DNA from: Zygnema circumcarinatum SAG 698-1b
Taxonomy: Eukaryota; Plantae; Zygnematophyceae
Direction: 5' to 3'
Assembly (NCBI GenBank): GCA_037447605.1
Contig: CM074817.1
Coordinates: forward strand, 1,054,001 to 1,118,000
DNA length: 64,000 nt
Shown here piece by piece: positions 58,991-64,000 of the stretch (its first letter is position 1; each line of letters opens with the position of its first letter). Position numbers and translations under genes: made by a program. Below the pieces are notes generated by a model, which was given only the letters and a program-made list of their open reading frames with translations, made no database searches and was not told the DNA's origin.

Positions 58991-61900
58991 TGTTGCGGTG
59001 GGAGGACAGCCAGTCCTTCTTTGTGGAGGAAGCATCATCCCACGGCAAAAGGCTTCGCGAGAGACGCGGCTTGAGGGCGAATACCTGGTTGTGGCGCTGG
59101 TGAGTCTGGCTGGAATTCTTGAGCAAAAGGAAGCATCCCCTTTGCCTGGCGTGTGGCTGTCACAACCACGTCTTTGCGGCGGTCGGCACAGCCGGGGATG
59201 CGTGTGGCGGCCTTCTGAGTCACCCGCGGGGAGGTGTACTTGAGGCGTACCCGTCACGGTACTCTCACGGCGGGCAGTGGTCAGGCGCGGGGACCACCTA
59301 GGACAGATAGGGTCTTGGATCAGTGCGAAAATGGCAAGGGTTTTGTAGCGTTTTGGAACGGCGCTTGCATTAGATCATTACAATTCACGGGTGACCGTTG
59401 ATGCCAGACGGTGACGATTCGGACCCAGCGCGCGTAGGATCCAGCCGTGCACCGACTTGCAATACGGCAGCGCCCGGCGTACATGGCGCGCCAGCGGAAA
59501 CGCGGCGTTATGCGTTGCACTCCTACGACCATTCGAGGTGAGAGGCGGACCTGGCGGAGTTGCCCTTTGGGCAGCCCTACTTCCAATCCTCCATGCTGGT
59601 AGGAGGTTCAGCGGGGAAGCATATAGGAAGCGAGGTTGGCTGTGCGCCAGCCAACCAACGTACGGCATTGGTTCCACCCGCAGAGCTGCGCCACTTATAC
59701 GAAAACGCTCTCTCGTGAACTTCGGGTGCTGGTCAGTGTTATTCGCTTGCTTGAGCTGAAGGAGTTAGATTCGGCCCGTGACATTTTGTGCTCGAGAGCA
59801 GCGTTGCGGCCTTCTCTTTGACAGAGAACCTGCGGGTCATGGTGACCACACGCCGGGCCGGAGGGGACCCGGGGCCCTCGGGGCCGCCACCTCCACCACC
59901 TGTCCCCCGGGACGAGGTGATGGAGGAGAACTCGGAGACTGCAGCCACCCCCATGGAGGGGCCCAGTCCCGAGCCCACGGATGACCAAGGTCATCCGGTA
60001 GCTGCTGCCCCTTTCCCCGCGTCACCGGAGCCGCTGGCTCCGGCAGGATCCGTCGATCCCATGATCGGGGCCCACATCACGGTGGGCGCTTCCCTAAAGA
60101 TGAAGAAGAAGGTCGAAGATGCGGGGAAGATGTGGCGCGGCGATGCGTCGCCACCATGGCTTGTTGAGGCAGGTGGGCGACATGGAGCTGCGGTCGCGTA
60201 GCAGACCGCGCTCAAATGGAGTTCGAGGGCCTTTAGCGAGGCGGGCTGGGAGGATGCGAGAGGTGCGAACCCCTGTTTGTGAGGCGGTAGATGCGGCATG
60301 TCACGAGGAGGGCGAGGTTAGGCATACCACTCGATGGCGTCGTTTATACCGACGCCCCAACGGCTACCCGGGAAGCAGCGGCAGAGATCCGTACCCACGG
60401 CTTGTCCCGCGGTCACCCGTGGGTGGCGGAGCCATAGCGATGGGGGCCCCGTCGTGACGGTTGCTGGTGGCGGAGGAGATCCCGGCCTTCGGGCTGCTCC
60501 TTCGCAACCCACTGAGGATGCCAAACGGAATCGAGCGAAGGTGGCCCCGATCTCCGTTTGGGGTGAACATCCTACCACGGACTGCTCTATCGAGCAGTGG
60601 TTGGGTCAAACGAAGGGTTACCTTCTCGCGACCAACTGTCCCCCCCTTCAGTGGGTAAGCTTTGCTTACCCAGCACTCAGAGGAGCCGCATACCGTGTGT
60701 ATGAGGGCCTCTCTGATGAGATTGGGGACGATTGGGATAAGTTCAGAGATGAACTTATCAAACACTTTAGGGCCGTCGGCAGAGCCAGGGGCCATTTGGC
60801 TATGGTCCAAGCTGCGGCCGGTGTCAAGCGGTTTTGCGAGACACATGTCAAGTACCCGCAATCACCATACACAAGCCTGGGCAGGCTGAGTTTTTCTACC
60901 ACTTCAGGAATGGCTTGAAGCCACACCTGAGGAAGCAGCTAGGGACTAACCCACGGACTCTGCGAAGCCCAGTAGGACCCCGTGACTTCACGAGGTACGT
61001 ACTTTGATCGCGACCATTCAATTGGACACACGCCCACTGCGAGCGATCGCGGGCCCTTCGGAAGACCCGGCGGTGGCGATGTGGCTGAGATTAGGTGGAA
61101 GAGGCGGGGACCTGGGTTCTGCCAAGGTATGGCGGGGAAAGAATAGCGGAAGCGGCGGAAGCTTGACGCTTTCGCCTGCTTGCAAGGCCGCCGAAGTTGA
61201 CTCGGAGGAAATGGAAGATCGGCCGGAAAAACAAATGTTTCAGTTGTAGGAAGGGAGGGTCACAAGGCGAGTGATTTCCTTTAAACACCAAAAGGGCCGA
61301 GGAAGGGCAAGGGGCGAGGAAAACCCCAACCACCGGCTGACTTGAATTAGATTCTTGGTGGGGAGGATGAGCTGGGGAATCAGGGAGTCTTGGTTGCCAT
61401 CACAATTAGGAAATTGTTGTTCCTTCGACCTCTGGATATTGTGAAATTGATGGGCAGACCTTTCGGAGTGCATGACTTGTTTGTTTGTAATGCGCTTTCG
61501 GATTCCATTTCTCTATCCCTTGCCACTGTGGTGACTCCTTCTAAATTCATGGGTGTAGTGATGCATGGTCAATGGCATGTCTTTATCCTCAATGTAATGG
61601 GCGATGATGTCTTGGTGGAATGTGCCATGGATGCTTTGCATGTCATGAGGGACACATCCCACATCCTTGGGCTGCATGTGCTGGTTCCTCAGCACATGGC
61701 AGTTCGCACCTTTCCCAACGCCACTTGGCGGTTGGTGAAGCAGTTGAGGAAAGGGCACAAGTTGGTGCAGACGATGGAAGGGTCCCCCAGTTCACTGGTT
61801 GGATCACCCTACACCTTGGTGTGGAGGACGGCTCGTCCTCAACCCTCGCATATAGTGCGATCTATGTTCCATCTTGCCCATCGTGCCATGACCTTCACCG

Positions 61901-62602
61901 GGTCAGCCAATGGCCACCCAGCAGTTATACTGCTAGATACTGGGGCAGATGCTACCTTTNNNNNNNNNNTCATCGGACCCTTCAAGGTCGTGAAGCGCAT
62001 CAATGAGGTCGCTTACCGGTTGGATTTACCAGACCATATGAAGGTGCATCCGGTCTTTCATGTGGGATTGCTAAAAGCCTACCGCAGCGATGGGAGGATC
62101 CAGCCACCTCCCCCACCAGTGGAACTTGAGGGTGAACTTGAGTATGAAGTTGAAACCATTCAAGCCCACCGTATTGTGAGAAAGGGTCGTTCTTCCCGTC
62201 ACGAATACCTCGTGAAGTGGTTGGGCTATGGGGTTGAACATAGCACATGGGAAGCGAGGGAGCAACTTAACCAATGCCGAGGAGCTCATACACTTATGCT
62301 GGGAGAGCGGCGGGCGCGGGGAGGGAAGCAGGCAGGCGGCTGGGGAGTTCAGGCGTCCTTGCGCTGGCTTCAGAAAGGACGGCCGGAGTTATCGGTAGGC
62401 CTCCCGGTTATCCGCGTAGGATTCGGCGTCGCGGGTGAAACCCTACGGCTGCCTTCACCCGCGCACACGTGAGCGAGGCGTTCACATTCTCACGAGGGGA
62501 GTAATGTAGCGGCCTTCACGATCACCGCGAGGAGGTGTACTTAGGGCGTACCCGTCTGGTACTCTCACCGAGGCGTGAGGCCGAGTGGTGAGCCCAGCAG
62601 GG
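58991..62602 (+). mobile_element. Decayed chromovirus-type Ty3/gypsy element(s): LTR-like, gag, protease, gap, integrase C-terminus plus chromodomain, LTR-like
   Basis: gag-like W..FRDELIKHF near 60735-60770; protease ILLDTGADATF at ~61927-61959. GPFKVVKRINEVAYRLDLP..HPVFHVGLLK and chromodomain EYEVETIQAHR..YLVKWLGYGVEHSTWE at 61971-62280. Homologous LTR blocks (GGAGGTGTACTT..GGCGTACCCGTC..GGTACTCTCAC) at ~59230 and ~62530. The two sides of the gap may come from different copies. Confidence 0.75.
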
Positions 62603-64000
62603 TGTTGAAGCAGGGTTTGCTCCCCACTTAGCCACCTTGGGTGTAAGCCCTCCCGTGGAGCAGGTTCCCAGGATGAACATTCAAACACTCAAGCTCTATC
62701 TTACTTCACTCATAAGCCCATAACAACGGAATGAAGCTACAAGACTTAAGCAGTGAAATCCGCAATGAGAGAGAGTGTTAGGAGAAGCTCCGGCTCTAAA
62801 ACTCCTTATAATAAGCTGTCTTCCACAGCCGGTGAAGTTCTCCCACTACTTCAAGGTCCCTCTCACTCACTACCTCACGACACAAGTGTAGGCAGCCTAG
62901 CAGCACGAGCAGGCACAGAATAAGACCCGAGACTATGACAAAGTAGTGTGGGTGGGTTACTTCCCATAATAAAACTATGCAGCATATATATAATATGGCG
63001 TCGTGGCTATGACACACACATGTCACTGTCAGCGTCACACTCAATACAAGCTCATGCTGATGCGAGGTAGAGCGCACCGGGGAATAGCGACCGGCTAGGC
63101 TGCCCGCCACGTAAACCTACGGCGGCGCCGACCTAGTTCTTATTAAAACCGTACACACACATCCGTGCAGTGATGTCGCCCGTTTCGCCCGGGCCCGCTC
63201 CTTCGGTCTTAAAGCCATGAGCACACCTGGTAGTACACTTTCGAACTTCGCGGACCCACATTGCGAGTGGTCCCGCGTGGCGCATTCGGTTGCGCCGCCA
63301 AATATCTTCATATGCGTTTCGCGCGCAACTTTGCGCTCCGGCGTTTGGCGCGCGCCGCGTTCAATCAAAGTTCGCGTAGCCATTAGCGAATCAGCGGCGG
63401 CGCTGCCGACCAATCAAAGTTGGCGTCAGTTCTCTCCAGCGCCGCGTATTAGCCGGCGCCAGCGTCAATCGGCGCCGCTTCGTTAGGTACTCAGCACTCG
63501 CTGGCTGCCTCACAGAGTCGAGCACCGACATTCCTAAATCCCAAGAGCACTCGCCCTAGCGAATCTCATGTTCACACAAGCGGTACCACAACAAGTTAGT
63601 GTGTGCGTCTGATGTCTAACTATCATACACTAACACTAACAATCCCCCTCTTGGTACTTTCGGTTCCTCATGGGCCCCTAGCCCGGTGATCAACTCTTGT
63701 TCACTAGTAGTGTCTCCCGTGACCCCACTTGGTCAACATGCAGCGGCCTGGCTCTTTTGTTCCTACAAGAGCTTCACACATCATCCCTTCCTCTACCTAC
63801 TCTCGCACATAATGATATTGCACCCTAATGTGCTTGGTTCTCTTATGAAACACAGGGTTCTCCATGAGGGCTATAGATGACTGGTTGTCCGTAAAAAGAG
63901 TCAATGGTGTTTGTGGTTGCTTACATTCATCAAAGAAATGTTGGAACCACATCCCCTCCTTCGCTGCATGGCACGCTCCCATGTACTCTCCTTCGGTGCT
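62603..64000 (-). mobile_element. 3' end of a Ty1/copia element: RNase H (with in-frame stop), PPT and 3' LTR 62603-63641
   Basis: EYM..HAAKEGMW..FTDNQSSIALMENPVFHKRTKHIRVQYHYVRE. On the minus strand, PPT AAGAGGGGG is followed by AT and TGTTAG; the LTR ends ..CTTCAACA. Confidence 0.9.

Overview
Eukaryotic, intron-rich, microsatellite-rich genomic scaffold with five 10-N gaps. The gene content (RLK/Pelle kinases, PHI-1/EXORDIUM, DCD, HGL1-type GH31, ycf20, TTTAGGG-type repeats) points to a streptophyte; a non-flowering lineage such as a charophyte alga is my inference only. Exon structures were built by hand from GT-AG sites and frame checks. From left to right: (1) orphan multi-TM gene (+, from 672); (2) 10-exon, ~1745-aa fusion of a DCD domain to a TRF4/PAPD5-like non-canonical poly(A) polymerase (-, 4774-13905); (3) stand-alone DCD paralog (-, 16535-18585, middle exons probably in a gap); (4) ~22-exon GH31 alpha-glucosidase (-, 21538-30628) containing two 83-nt duplicated exons that look mutually exclusive and differ at an active-site aromatic (CRWSY vs CRFSY); (5) receptor kinase with a PHI-1/EXORDIUM ectodomain (+, 33054-37867); (6) LRR-EGF receptor kinase with a closely similar TM-kinase half (+, 41469-47623); (7) damaged LRR-EGF-TM gene (-, ~50339-56952) whose kinase half is replaced by a ycf20/NPQ6-like 3' fragment, with two solo LTRs and four tandem LRR exon-intron units; (8) nested Ty3/gypsy and Ty1/copia remnants (58.3-64 kb). 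The best leads are the GH31 exon switch, the PHI-1 receptor kinase with its reusable phase-1 TM exon, and the DCD-nucleotidyltransferase fusion. No database search or alignment could be run; family calls rest on recognised motifs.
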